From NCBI GenBank assembly GCA_020161455.1, contig JAIUNZ010000002.1, positions 131,091-195,090 of the forward strand: a DNA stretch of 64,000 nt, in the 5' to 3' direction. A program made the translations under genes and the position numbers. Of this stretch, positions 26,695 to 35,520 are shown in pieces (position 1 is the stretch's first letter; each line of letters opens with the position of its first letter). The notes beneath the pieces are model-generated. The model was not told where the DNA came from. It saw only the letters and a program-made list of their open reading frames with translations, and made no database searches. This DNA comes from Bacteroidota bacterium. Its GTDB lineage: Bacteria > Bacteroidota > Bacteroidia > Flavobacteriales > Flavobacteriaceae.

Positions 26695-26719
26695 TTTATA
26701 GTTTACTGTAAACTATAAA
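26695..26719. promoter_or_regulatory. Perfect 25-bp palindrome (putative operator 1)
   Basis: TTTATAGTTTAC-T-GTAAACTATAAA, with 12-bp arms and a 1-nt centre. Confidence 0.6.
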
Positions 26720-26730
26720 GAATTTATTTG

Positions 26731-26738
26731 TATATTTG
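26731..26738 (+). promoter_or_regulatory. Bacteroidota -7 box (TATATTTG) for the wHTH-PRTase gene
   Basis: It matches TAnnTTTG, lies between the two palindromes, and has 42 nt between it and the ATG at 26781. Confidence 0.45.
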
Positions 26739-26770
26739 TTTATAGTTTACTGTTTATAGTAAACTATAAA
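26739..26770. promoter_or_regulatory. Second palindrome with the same 12-bp arms (putative operator 2)
   Basis: TTTATAGTTTAC-tgtttata-GTAAACTATAAA, with an 8-nt spacer. It ends 10 nt before the ATG. Confidence 0.6.
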
Positions 26771-26780
26771 CTATCAAGTA

Positions 26781-27767
26781 ATGGACAAAGCCGCATTAAT
26801 CAAAAATCTTTTTCTTGAAAGAAAAGAATTGAGTGTTACCGAAATTGTAAACGAGATAAATGTTTCAAAACAGTACATTCATCGTGTTATAAAAACATTA
26901 TTAGAAAATAATGAAATTATAAAAATTGGTATGCCGCCAAAAACAATTTACAAACTTAATGATACTGAAATTGTATCGATTGTAAAAAATGAAGGCGATT
27001 TTAGCCAAGATAAAATACGTTTTCTTGACGAAAATTTTATGATAATTACCGAAATTGGTCAAATACTAAATGGAGTAGAAGGTTTTCAAAATTGGTGTTT
27101 AAAAAGAAAATTACCACTAGAAAAAACTGTTGACGAGTTTATACTAACAAAAAAAAAATACACAAACTATCTCGACAGTAATGGCTTACTATCAGGATTA
27201 GCAAAACTTAAAAGCACGGTTGGTTTCAAAGAAATTTACATGGATGAATTACTTTATCTTGATTTTTATGCTATTGAAAGATTTGGAAAAACTAGGTTAG
27301 GAACTATTTTACATTATGCCAAACAAGGTCAAAACATAATGCTTATGAAAATTCTAATCAAAGAGATAAGAGATAAAATAGATTTGATTATTTCTACCTA
27401 TAAAATTGATGCGATTGCTTTTGTACCACCAACAATCAAAAGAGAAACACAATTAATGAAAGTTTTAGCTAATGGATTAAAAATCAATTTACCAAGTGTG
27501 GAAATTTTGAAGATAAGCGGTATAATTCCCGTACCGCAAAAGTCATTAAACAAAATAGAAGAACGTATTAATAATGCTGAAAGCACCTTTGTTGTAAAAA
27601 GTAATGTTACGTTTAATACAATTTTATTAATTGATGATGCTGTTGGCTCTGGCGCGACGTTAAATCAAATTGCGGGTAAAATTAAGAATAAAGACGTGGC
27701 AAAAATTGTTATTGGATTAGCAATAGTTGGAAGTTTTAAAGGTTTTGATGTTATTACTGATGTATAA
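26781..27767 (+). CDS. Winged-HTH / phosphoribosyltransferase (ComF/PurR-like PRTase) fusion protein
   Basis: 328 aa. N-terminal HTH (LSVTEIVNEINVSKQYIHRVIKTLLENNEIIKIG). A ComF-like segment IDAIAFVPPTIKRE. A C-terminal PRPP-binding loop ILLIDDAVGSGATLNQIA. Confidence 0.65.
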   Translation: MDKAALIKNLFLERKELSVTEIVNEINVSKQYIHRVIKTLLENNEIIKIGMPPKTIYKLNDTEIVSIVKNEGDFSQDKIRFLDENFMIITEIGQILNGVEGFQNWCLKRKLPLEKTVDEFILTKKKYTNYLDSNGLLSGLAKLKSTVGFKEIYMDELLYLDFYAIERFGKTRLGTILHYAKQGQNIMLMKILIKEIRDKIDLIISTYKIDAIAFVPPTIKRETQLMKVLANGLKINLPSVEILKISGIIPVPQKSLNKIEERINNAESTFVVKSNVTFNTILLIDDAVGSGATLNQIAGKIKNKDVAKIVIGLAIVGSFKGFDVITDV

Positions 27768-27819
27768 AAAAAAGAGCCAAATTTTGACTCTTTACTTTTT
27801 TTAAATTAGATACGATATT

Positions 27820-28785
27820 TTATTCTTCCGATTCATTTCTATCTAAATCGTCTGAATCACGTTTTGATAATCTTTTCGTGCTGTTCGCTTTTTTCATGGC
27901 TTCACCTACTTGGTTACTTGCTGTAAAACTTGCTACCATATTGTTTAACATGTCACTTCCGGCTTGTGGCGAATTTGGTAACAAAATTAAGTTCGAATTG
28001 GTGTCAGCACCAATGGCTTGCAAAGTATCATAATGTTGTGTAACTACAATTAAAGCTGATGCTTCTTGCGAATTGATTCCAACACTATTTAAAACCTCCA
28101 CACTTTCTAACAAACCTTTAGCAATTTCTCTTCTTTGGTCGGCAATACCTTGACCTTGAAGTTTTTTGCTTTCAGCTTCAGCTTTTGCTTTGGCAACAAT
28201 TCTAATTCTGCTTGCTTCCGCTTCATATTCTGCAGCTGTTTTTTCTCTATCGGCAGCATTAATTCTATTCATCGCATTTTTTACCTGAATATCCGGATCA
28301 ATATCTGTAATTAACGTGTTGATAATATCATAACCATAAGTCGTCATTGCATCGTTCAATTCACGTTTTACAGCAACGGCAACGTCATCTTTTCTTTCAA
28401 AAACATCGTCCAATTTTAATTTTGGAACTTCAGCACGAACCACATCAAATACATACGAAGTAATTTGATCATGTGGATATTCTAATTTATAAAACGCTTC
28501 ATATACTTTTTCTTGAATCACTTTAAACTGAACCGAAACTTTTAGTTTAACAAACACGTTGTCTTTGGTTTTGGTTTCAATAATAACATCCAATTGTTGA
28601 ATTCTAAGATTTACACGACCAGCAATTCTATCAATAATTGGAACTTTTAATTGCAATCCCGAGTTTCGAATGCTTTGAAATTTCCCAAATCGTTCTACAA
28701 TAAACGAAGATTGCTGCTTAACCGTAAAGAACGAAGCAAAAAGAATAAATAAACCTAAAACGAGAATAATAATTAAAAATGGCAT
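27820..28785 (-). CDS. SPFH/Band-7 (stomatin/prohibitin-like) domain membrane protein
   Basis: N-terminal TM segment, then the SPFH core (FFTVKQQSSFIVERFGKFQSI...) and an A/E/K-rich coiled coil (EKTAAEYEAEASRIRIVAKAKAEAE). Confidence 0.85.
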   Translation of the reverse strand: MPFLIIILVLGLFILFASFFTVKQQSSFIVERFGKFQSIRNSGLQLKVPIIDRIAGRVNLRIQQLDVIIETKTKDNVFVKLKVSVQFKVIQEKVYEAFYKLEYPHDQITSYVFDVVRAEVPKLKLDDVFERKDDVAVAVKRELNDAMTTYGYDIINTLITDIDPDIQVKNAMNRINAADREKTAAEYEAEASRIRIVAKAKAEAESKKLQGQGIADQRREIAKGLLESVEVLNSVGINSQEASALIVVTQHYDTLQAIGADTNSNLILLPNSPQAGSDMLNNMVASFTASNQVGEAMKKANSTKRLSKRDSDDLDRNESEE

Positions 28786-28866
28786 AGTTTATATGATTTT
28801 GTTGTTAATAAAGTAGTTGTACGAAATATTGTTTATGTTTGTTACAAATTTCAAGCTACTTATTTT

Positions 28867-29511
28867 ATGAACAAACTATTTACGCTTATTGTTTTGTGTT
28901 GTACAACAATAAGTTTTGCCCAATATGGAAGGCGCGATGGTAACAGAATTGGCCTATCGGCAGGAATTTCTCAAACTTCTTTATTCACCAATAATTTCAA
29001 ATCTTCTCCCGAAATTGGTTTTGCTGGCGGTCTTTCCGTTAGAGGAAATTATTACAACAATTGGAGTATGATTTATGGAATGCAGTTTTTTTCGAGTAAT
29101 TTCAATCTTCAATCTACTTTTGACCAAAAAATAAAATACAATCTCGAAGGTGTAAAAGTACGTTTGTTATTAAGTTATAATGTAGTAGAAGATCATGTTT
29201 CATTAGATTTTGGTCCTGTTTTACAGATTAACGGAAAACTAAAAGTAAGCGATAGTGATAAAAACAAAATTTTAGATGGAACATTACTTAGAGCTGAACA
29301 AATTCAGGACATTTCTACATTTAGCGGTAACTTTTATTTAGGTGTTTCTGCCGGAAGCAAAGTAGTTCGAGCGGTTATTTTCTATGAATACGGATTTACC
29401 AATATTCTAAACAACCTCAATAGTGAAGATGGATTAAAAGTGTTGAATAACGGAGATAAATTCAAAGGAAACCTTGGAACTATTAACGGACAAATAGTTT
29501 TTAATTTATAA
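28867..29511 (+). CDS. Outer-membrane beta-barrel (porin-family/OmpW-like size) protein
   Basis: Signal peptide, alternating amphipathic beta strands and a C-terminal aromatic-rich strand (GQIVFNL). Confidence 0.6.
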   Translation: MNKLFTLIVLCCTTISFAQYGRRDGNRIGLSAGISQTSLFTNNFKSSPEIGFAGGLSVRGNYYNNWSMIYGMQFFSSNFNLQSTFDQKIKYNLEGVKVRLLLSYNVVEDHVSLDFGPVLQINGKLKVSDSDKNKILDGTLLRAEQIQDISTFSGNFYLGVSAGSKVVRAVIFYEYGFTNILNNLNSEDGLKVLNNGDKFKGNLGTINGQIVFNL

Positions 29512-29540
29512 AAAAACCCTAAATTTCAGGGATTTTTTTA
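29512..29540 (+). terminator. Weak intrinsic terminator after the OMP gene
   Basis: AAAAAACCCT-aaatttc-AGGGATTTTTTT has a short stem and a long T-run. Confidence 0.5.
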
Positions 29541-29570
29541 TTTTTATAAATAGCCGTTTGATTAATCGTT

Positions 29571-29969
29571 ACTCAATAACTAGTAAACTACATAGAGTAC
29601 AGATTAAACCACACTCAATAACTAATAAACCACATCGAGTAACTAATAAACATTACTCAATAACTAGTAAGCAACATTGAGTAACTAGGAAGCGTTACTC
29701 GATAACTAATAAGCAACACTGAGTAACTAGTAAACGTTACTCGATAACTAATAAACCACATCGAGTACAGAATAAGCATCACTCAATAACTAGAAAGCAA
29801 CATCAGGTAACTAGTAAACGTCACTCAATAACTAGAAAGCAACATCGAGTAACTAATAAACATTACTCAATAACGAATAAGCAACATTGAGTACAGAGTA
29901 AACAACACTCAATAACTAGTAAACATTACTTGATAACTAATAATCAACATCGAGTAAGTAGAAAGCAAA
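29571..29969. repeat. Array of 19 exactly phased 21-bp tandem units (42-bp higher-order period), non-coding
   Basis: Units start at 29571 + 21n with no indels. Type A resembles ACTCAATAACTAGTAAGCAAC and type B resembles ATCGAGTAACTAATAAACATT, and they alternate (ABAB...AAB). No ORF of 60 aa or more on either strand. Confidence 0.95.
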
Positions 29970-29972
29970 ACT

Positions 29973-30005
29973 AAAAAATCCCGAGCAATCGGGATTTTTA
30001 TTTTT
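29973..30005 (-). terminator. Strong bidirectional intrinsic terminator after gltX
   Basis: AAAAAATCCCGA-GCAA-TCGGGATTTTT has a 12-bp stem and a GNRA-type loop, with T-runs in both orientations. Confidence 0.85.
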
Positions 30006-31514
30006 TTATAATGTTGTTATTGCTTTTCCAATTCGTTTGATGGTTTCCTCTTTTCCAATCATTTCGATGATATCAAAAAGATGCGGACCTTTCAAAGCAC
30101 CAACTAAGCTTAGTCGTAACGGTTGCATTACTTTCCCCATTCCGATTTCGTTTTCGGTCATCCAGTTTTTTAAGATGGTTTCGATGTTTACAGAAGTAAA
30201 ATCATCTATAGAATTTAATACTTCAGAAACTTGTTGCATCAAATTTGGCGTTTCTTCTTTCCAGTTTTTGGCTGCTTTTTCATCATACGATGTTGGTGCT
30301 ACAAAGAAATAATCACTTAATTCCCAAAATTCAGACACGAAATTTGCACGTTCTTTTATGGATGAAACTATTTTTACCAAAGTCGTATAATCAACATCAA
30401 TTCCTTTTTCATAAAGAATAGGAGCAAAGGCTTTTGCTAATTCTTCATCACTTTGTTTTTGTAAATACTGATGATTGAACCATTTGTTTTTTTCTGGATC
30501 AAATTTGGCTCCAGCTTTATGAACTCTGTTTAAATCGAATTTTTCAGCCAATTCATCTAACGAAAACAGTTCTTGTTCCGTTCCGTCATTCCAACCTAAT
30601 AACGCTAAAAAGTTAACTACAGCTTCTGGGAAAAATCCTTTTTCTCTATAACCTGATGAAATGGTGCCGTCTTCATTTTTCCAATCTAATGGAAATACAG
30701 GAAAGCCCATTTTATCGCCATCACGTTTTGATAATTTTCCGTTACCAATTGGTTTTAAAATCAATGGTAAATGCGCAAATTCTGGCGCTTGCCATCCAAA
30801 TGCTTTGTACAATAAACTGTGTAACGGCAAACTTGGTAACCATTCTTCACCACGAATTACATGAGATGTTTCCATCAAATGGTCGTCAACTATGTTCGCT
30901 AAATGATAAGTTGGCATTCCATCCGATTTAAACAAAACTTTATCGTCTAATAAATTGGTTTCAAAATTAATGTCACCACGAATGATATCTTTTAAATGCA
31001 ACGTTTCGTTAACAGGCGTTTTAAATCGTATAACATAAGCTTCGTCATTGGCAATTCTTTTTTCAGTTTCTTCTTTTGAAATTACCAAAGAAGTATCTAA
31101 TTTTTCACGATTGTGCCAATTGTAAATAAAGGTTTTGCCTTGTTCTTCGTGTTGTTTTCTATGAAAATCTAAGGCTTCGGCTGTATCAAAAGCATAGTAA
31201 GCCCAACCTTTTTCTATTAGTTCATCGGCGTACTTTTTGTATAAATGCTTGCGTTCACTTTGACGGTATGGTCCAAACTTCTCGTTTTTTCCAACCGTTT
31301 CACTAGGCGCAATTCCCAACCATTCTAAAGCTTCAAATATATAAGCTTCTGCTCCAGGAACAAAACGATTTTGATCGGTATCTTCAATTCGTAAATAGAA
31401 AACTCCGTTGTGTTTTTTGGCAAATAAATAATTAAATAACGCTGTTCTTACACCACCAATATGCAATGGTCCAGTTGGACTTGGTGCAAAACGAACTCTT
31501 ACAGGTCTTGACAT
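30006..31514 (-). CDS. gltX: Glutamate--tRNA ligase
   Basis: MSRPVRVRFAPSPTGPLHIGGVRTALFNYLFA (HIGH motif) and KLSKRD (KMSKS motif). I prefer the ATG at 31514 over the track start at 31541. Confidence 0.95.
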   Translation of the reverse strand: MSRPVRVRFAPSPTGPLHIGGVRTALFNYLFAKKHNGVFYLRIEDTDQNRFVPGAEAYIFEALEWLGIAPSETVGKNEKFGPYRQSERKHLYKKYADELIEKGWAYYAFDTAEALDFHRKQHEEQGKTFIYNWHNREKLDTSLVISKEETEKRIANDEAYVIRFKTPVNETLHLKDIIRGDINFETNLLDDKVLFKSDGMPTYHLANIVDDHLMETSHVIRGEEWLPSLPLHSLLYKAFGWQAPEFAHLPLILKPIGNGKLSKRDGDKMGFPVFPLDWKNEDGTISSGYREKGFFPEAVVNFLALLGWNDGTEQELFSLDELAEKFDLNRVHKAGAKFDPEKNKWFNHQYLQKQSDEELAKAFAPILYEKGIDVDYTTLVKIVSSIKERANFVSEFWELSDYFFVAPTSYDEKAAKNWKEETPNLMQQVSEVLNSIDDFTSVNIETILKNWMTENEIGMGKVMQPLRLSLVGALKGPHLFDIIEMIGKEETIKRIGKAITTL

Positions 31515-31656
31515 TTTTACTAATTTTTGGCAAAGATACAATTGTCGTTGTAATTGACATTGCTATTAAAATTGAAATTTGGTTTAATTTATTTTTAACT
31601 TTTATTCTATCTATAAATTTGTACATTTATCGGTTATTAACAAAAGAGGTACAATT

Positions 31657-34600
31657 TTGAACAATTCGAATATTATTTACGAGAAATTAGAAAGCTTTAT
31701 TAAGAAGTTTTACACCAACGAATTACTACGTGGAACATTATTTTTCATTGGTTTGGGTTTGTTGTATTTTATTTTTACGTTGTTTATAGAATATTTTCTT
31801 TGGTTAAAGCCAACAGCAAGAACCATTTTGTTCTGGACATTCATCGTTGTTGAACTCTTTCTTTTGTTCCGATTTATTGCTTTTCCGTTGTTTAAATTAT
31901 TCAAACTTCAAAAAGGAATTGATTATAACGAAGCTTCAAAAATCATTGGAAATCATTTTAGTGAAGTAGGCGATAAGCTGACGAATTTTTTACAGCTTTC
32001 TCAAGACCAGAATAAATCAGAGTTACTTTTAGCATCGATTGACCAAAAAGCAAATACTTTGCAACCCATTCCGTTTAGCAACGCCATTAATTTTGGAACC
32101 AATAAAAAATACATTCCGTTAGCCATTATTCCGATTTTGTTTTTTGCCTTCTTTTATCTTTCGGGAAACAGCAATTTTATTTCACAAAGTTTAAATCGTG
32201 TTGTGAATTATAAACAACAATTTTTGCCACCTGCACCTTTTGAATTTGTGGTTTTAAACCAAAGTTTACAAACCGAACAAAACAAAGATTTCCTTTTGAA
32301 AGTTAAAACGGTTGGGAAAATTGTTCCAGAAAACGCAATGATTGTAGTTGGCGATGAAAGTTATTTTATGGAAAAAGGCGAAACAGGTGAATTTCAGTTT
32401 GTAATTCCAAAACTAACAGAAAAATTAGAATTTTATCTTGAAGCGAATGATATAAAATCAAAAGAATATGAACTGCAAGTAATCACAGTTCCATCGATTG
32501 CCAATTTTGAAATGGTGTTGAATTTTCCAGGTTATTTGAATAAAAAATCAGAGACTATCAAAGGAACAGGAAATGCCATTATTCCAGAAGGAACAAAAGT
32601 AACGTGGAAAATGAATACGGTTGCTACTCAAAAAGTAGATTGGTTATCAGACAATATCAAGCAAACATTTGCCAAAACAGATAATATATTTTCACTTTCT
32701 AAAAACATCAATCAGAATACAGAATATCAAATACTTACTTCAAACAATAAAGTAGCGAATTACGAAAAATTGAATTATCAAATTTCAGTTATTAAAGATC
32801 AGTTTCCAACAATTACTGTTAATACTGCGCCGGATAGCCTAAAAGTGACTAAAAACTATCTATTAGGGCAAGTTTCGGACGATTATGGTTTAACGAAGTT
32901 ACAGGTCATTTATTATCCAAAAGACAAACCTAATGATGCTAAACATGGAACAATTGCTGTAAAGAAAGACAGTTATGATCAGTTTGTTTTTTCTTTTCCA
33001 AGTACTTTGCCAGTTGAAGAAGGTGTTACCTATGAATATTACTTTGAAGTGTTTGATAATGATGCGCTTCATAATTATAAAAGCACAAAATCTACGGTTT
33101 TCAGCAATCGTATAGAAACACAAACTGAAAAAGAAGACCAAATGCTGCAACAACAGAATGATAATATTAATGCATTGTCAAAATCGTTGAAAGCTCAAGA
33201 CAAGCAATTATCTGAAATGGATAAGTTGCAAAAAATGGGTAAAGAAAAAGATAATTTAGAGTATAAAGACCAACAAAAAGTAAATGAATTTCTTCAACGT
33301 CAAAAACAACAAGACGAAATGATGAAAGAGTTTGCCGAGAAAATGAAAGACAATCTCGATAAATTCAAATCTGAAGAAAAAGATGAAAAGAAAGAAGCTT
33401 TACAAGAACGCTTAGAAAAATCAAAAGAAGAAATTGAAAAAAATCAAAAGCTTTTGGACGAACTTAAAAAACTGAATGACAAAATCAGCAAAGAAGAGTT
33501 GTTCGAGAAAATGGAGAAATTCCAAAAAGAAAGTAAAAACCAAACCAAAAGTTTAGAGCAGTTAGTTGAATTAACCAAACGCTATTATGTCGAAAAGAAA
33601 GCAGAACAAATAGCAGACAAACTAAACAAATTAGCTGAAAAACAAGATAAACTTTCTGAAAAGAATGAAGAGAATAATGCTGCAAAGCAAGATGAAATCA
33701 ATAAAGAGTTTGATAAAATTCAGGAAGAATTAAATCAGTTAGAAAAAGACAATAAAGATTTAAAATCTCCAATGGAATTACCTAAAACGGACGAAAAGGA
33801 GAAAAGCATTGATGAAGATTTAAAGAACGCTAAAGACCAATTGCAAAAACAGCAAAAAGATAAAGCCAAACCAAAACAAAAGAATGCGGCTAAAAAAATG
33901 AAGCAAATGAGTCAAGAAATGAGCGAGTCAATGGCATCGGGTGAAATGGAACAAATGGAAGAGGATGTTGCTATGCTTCGTCAAATATTAGATAACTTAT
34001 TAGCTTTTTCATTTTCCCAAGAGGATGTTATGAAACAATTTAAGGGTTTAAAGCGAGGTGCACCATCGTTCAATAAACATTTAAAAACGCAACAAAATTT
34101 AAAACAACAATTTAAACATGTTGATGATAGTTTATTTTCAATGTCACTTCGTAATCCAAAAATTGCTGAAGATGTAACTAAAGAAATCGGAAATGTGCAA
34201 TACAATGTTGATAAAGCTTTAGAAAATTTAGCAGAAGCAATTATAATAAAAGGAAATTCACACCAACAATATGCAGTTGCCTCTTCCAATAAACTTGCTG
34301 ATTTGTTAAGCGAAATTTTAAACGGAATGCAAATGTCCATGCAAATGTCTGGAGCAGGAAAGGGTAAACCAAAACCAGGTCAAGGAAAAGGAGAAATGCA
34401 ATTGCCTGATATTATTCAGAAACAAGACGGTTTAGGTGAAAAAATGAAAAAAGGAATGAAGAAAGGAGAAAAACCCGGCGAAGGAGAAGAAGGTCAAGAT
34501 GGCGAACCAAAGAATGGAAGTCAAGGAAATAAAGAAGGACAAGGTCAAGGAAAGGACGGTAAAGGTAAAAACGGTAAGAATGGTCAATCTGGCGGAAGTG

Positions 34601-35064
34601 GAACTTCTCAAGGAAACAAAGACGGCGAAAATGGACAAGATGGCGAAGGCGATGCACAAATGATTATGGAAATCTATAAAGAACAACAACAATTACGAGA
34701 AGCTTTGCAAAATGAATTAAACAAACAAGGTATTGGCGGAAACGGACAAGGAACTTTAGATAAAATGAAGGAAATTGAAAAACAATTAATCAATAAAGGA
34801 TTTAAAAATGAAACCCTTCAAAAAATGTTGAATTTAAAATATGAATTATTAAAACTTGAAAAAGCTATTCAGCAACAAGGAGAAGATAAAAAGCGTCAAT
34901 CAGAAACAAATAAGAAAGAATTTAATAATCAAGCTAATGCTTTACCCGCCAAACTTCAAGATTATTTAAACAGTATTGAAATTTTAAATAGACAAAGCTT
35001 ACCTTTGCGCTCCAATTTTAATCAAAAGGTTCAAGAATATTTCAAAAACAATGATAAATTATAA
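31657..35064 (+). CDS. Large membrane-anchored coiled-coil protein (DUF4175-like, from memory); function unknown
   Basis: 1135 aa with an apparent TTG start. Two N-terminal TM helices, a beta-rich ~450-aa region, a long K/E/Q coiled coil (about aa 490-760) and a G/K/Q/E low-complexity tract (about aa 900-960). Its 3' end overlaps the ybeY start by 14 nt. Confidence 0.6.
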   Translation: MNNSNIIYEKLESFIKKFYTNELLRGTLFFIGLGLLYFIFTLFIEYFLWLKPTARTILFWTFIVVELFLLFRFIAFPLFKLFKLQKGIDYNEASKIIGNHFSEVGDKLTNFLQLSQDQNKSELLLASIDQKANTLQPIPFSNAINFGTNKKYIPLAIIPILFFAFFYLSGNSNFISQSLNRVVNYKQQFLPPAPFEFVVLNQSLQTEQNKDFLLKVKTVGKIVPENAMIVVGDESYFMEKGETGEFQFVIPKLTEKLEFYLEANDIKSKEYELQVITVPSIANFEMVLNFPGYLNKKSETIKGTGNAIIPEGTKVTWKMNTVATQKVDWLSDNIKQTFAKTDNIFSLSKNINQNTEYQILTSNNKVANYEKLNYQISVIKDQFPTITVNTAPDSLKVTKNYLLGQVSDDYGLTKLQVIYYPKDKPNDAKHGTIAVKKDSYDQFVFSFPSTLPVEEGVTYEYYFEVFDNDALHNYKSTKSTVFSNRIETQTEKEDQMLQQQNDNINALSKSLKAQDKQLSEMDKLQKMGKEKDNLEYKDQQKVNEFLQRQKQQDEMMKEFAEKMKDNLDKFKSEEKDEKKEALQERLEKSKEEIEKNQKLLDELKKLNDKISKEELFEKMEKFQKESKNQTKSLEQLVELTKRYYVEKKAEQIADKLNKLAEKQDKLSEKNEENNAAKQDEINKEFDKIQEELNQLEKDNKDLKSPMELPKTDEKEKSIDEDLKNAKDQLQKQQKDKAKPKQKNAAKKMKQMSQEMSESMASGEMEQMEEDVAMLRQILDNLLAFSFSQEDVMKQFKGLKRGAPSFNKHLKTQQNLKQQFKHVDDSLFSMSLRNPKIAEDVTKEIGNVQYNVDKALENLAEAIIIKGNSHQQYAVASSNKLADLLSEILNGMQMSMQMSGAGKGKPKPGQGKGEMQLPDIIQKQDGLGEKMKKGMKKGEKPGEGEEGQDGEPKNGSQGNKEGQGQGKDGKGKNGKNGQSGGSGTSQGNKDGENGQDGEGDAQMIMEIYKEQQQLREALQNELNKQGIGGNGQGTLDKMKEIEKQLINKGFKNETLQKMLNLKYELLKLEKAIQQQGEDKKRQSETNKKEFNNQANALPAKLQDYLNSIEILNRQSLPLRSNFNQKVQEYFKNNDKL

Positions 35065-35470
35065 TTATGAAATTGACTTTCAATTAGATAATGAAGAAAA
35101 CTATTCTTTTTGGATAGAAAATGTCATTAATTCTGAGAATAAAATTTTAGGAGAAGTAAATTATATTTTTTGTGATGATGATTATCTGTTAGAAATTAAC
35201 AAGCAATACTTAAATCATGATTATTTTACGGATATAATTAGTTTTGATTACACAGAAGGGAATTTAATTTCAGGCGATATTTTTATTTCTATCGATAGGG
35301 TTAAAGAAAACGCGAATGATTTTAAAGTTTCTTTCGAAGATGAATTAAAACGTGTTATTATTCATGGAATACTACATTATTGTGGTTATAAAGATAAATC
35401 ATTAGCTGACGAAAAAATGATGAGAAGCAAAGAAGAGGAAAAAATTAAAATGTTCCACGTGAAACATTAA
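35051..35470 (+). CDS. ybeY: rRNA maturation endoribonuclease YbeY
   Basis: 139 aa. The HGILHYCGYKD zinc-binding motif (HGxLHxxGYxH-like). Confidence 0.88.
   Translation: MINYNYEIDFQLDNEENYSFWIENVINSENKILGEVNYIFCDDDYLLEINKQYLNHDYFTDIISFDYTEGNLISGDIFISIDRVKENANDFKVSFEDELKRVIIHGILHYCGYKDKSLADEKMMRSKEEEKIKMFHVKH
35452..35465 (+). promoter_or_regulatory. GTTCCACGTGAAAC motif, copy 1 (in the last codons of ybeY)
   Basis: An exact 14-mer with a CACGTG core. It is a near-palindrome. Confidence 0.5.
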
Positions 35471-35490
35471 ACGATAGTTTTAAATAAAAC

Positions 35491-35504
35491 GTTCCACGTG
35501 AAAC
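35491..35504 (+). promoter_or_regulatory. GTTCCACGTGAAAC motif, copy 2
   Basis: An exact 14-mer, with 16 nt between it and the mnmG ATG at 35521. Confidence 0.5.
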
Positions 35505-35520
35505 AATACAGAAAAGAAAA

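Noticed and set aside
26449-27767. A retron or other reverse-transcriptase-based defence system around the wHTH-PRTase gene
   Set aside because: There is no reverse transcriptase ORF anywhere in the window. The upstream inverted repeats are symmetric operator-like palindromes around a promoter box rather than an msr/msd-like structure.
27820-28785. The SPFH/Band-7 gene as part of an SPFH-NfeD or defence-type pair
   Set aside because: No NfeD-like or other partner gene is adjacent. It is monocistronic, sitting between a terminator and a divergent OMP gene, so it looks like an ordinary stomatin-like housekeeping gene.
29571-29969. Whether the 21-bp repeat array is a CRISPR array
   Set aside because: The period is only 21 bp and the units abut one another with no unique spacers. 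The variation is point substitutions in two alternating unit types. There are no cas genes and no leader in the window.
26695-29969. A possible link between the wHTH-PRTase operator half-site (GTAAACTATAAA) and the 21-bp array, some units of which contain TAGTAAAC or TAGTAAACTA
   Set aside because: The shared core is only 6-8 nt of AT-rich sequence, and the TA belongs to the operator spacer in only one palindrome. Once a single chance match exists it is multiplied by the repeat. This is too weak to claim without a binding experiment.
34380-34700. A repetitive G/K/Q/E-rich coding tract and two long antisense ORFs (34412-34657 and 34432-34692), considered as a possible separate gene or repeat element
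   Set aside because: At the DNA level it is only a purine-rich low-complexity bias (GGA/AAA/GAA codons) within the 1135-aa ORF. It is not a discrete tandem repeat, and the antisense ORFs are composition artefacts.
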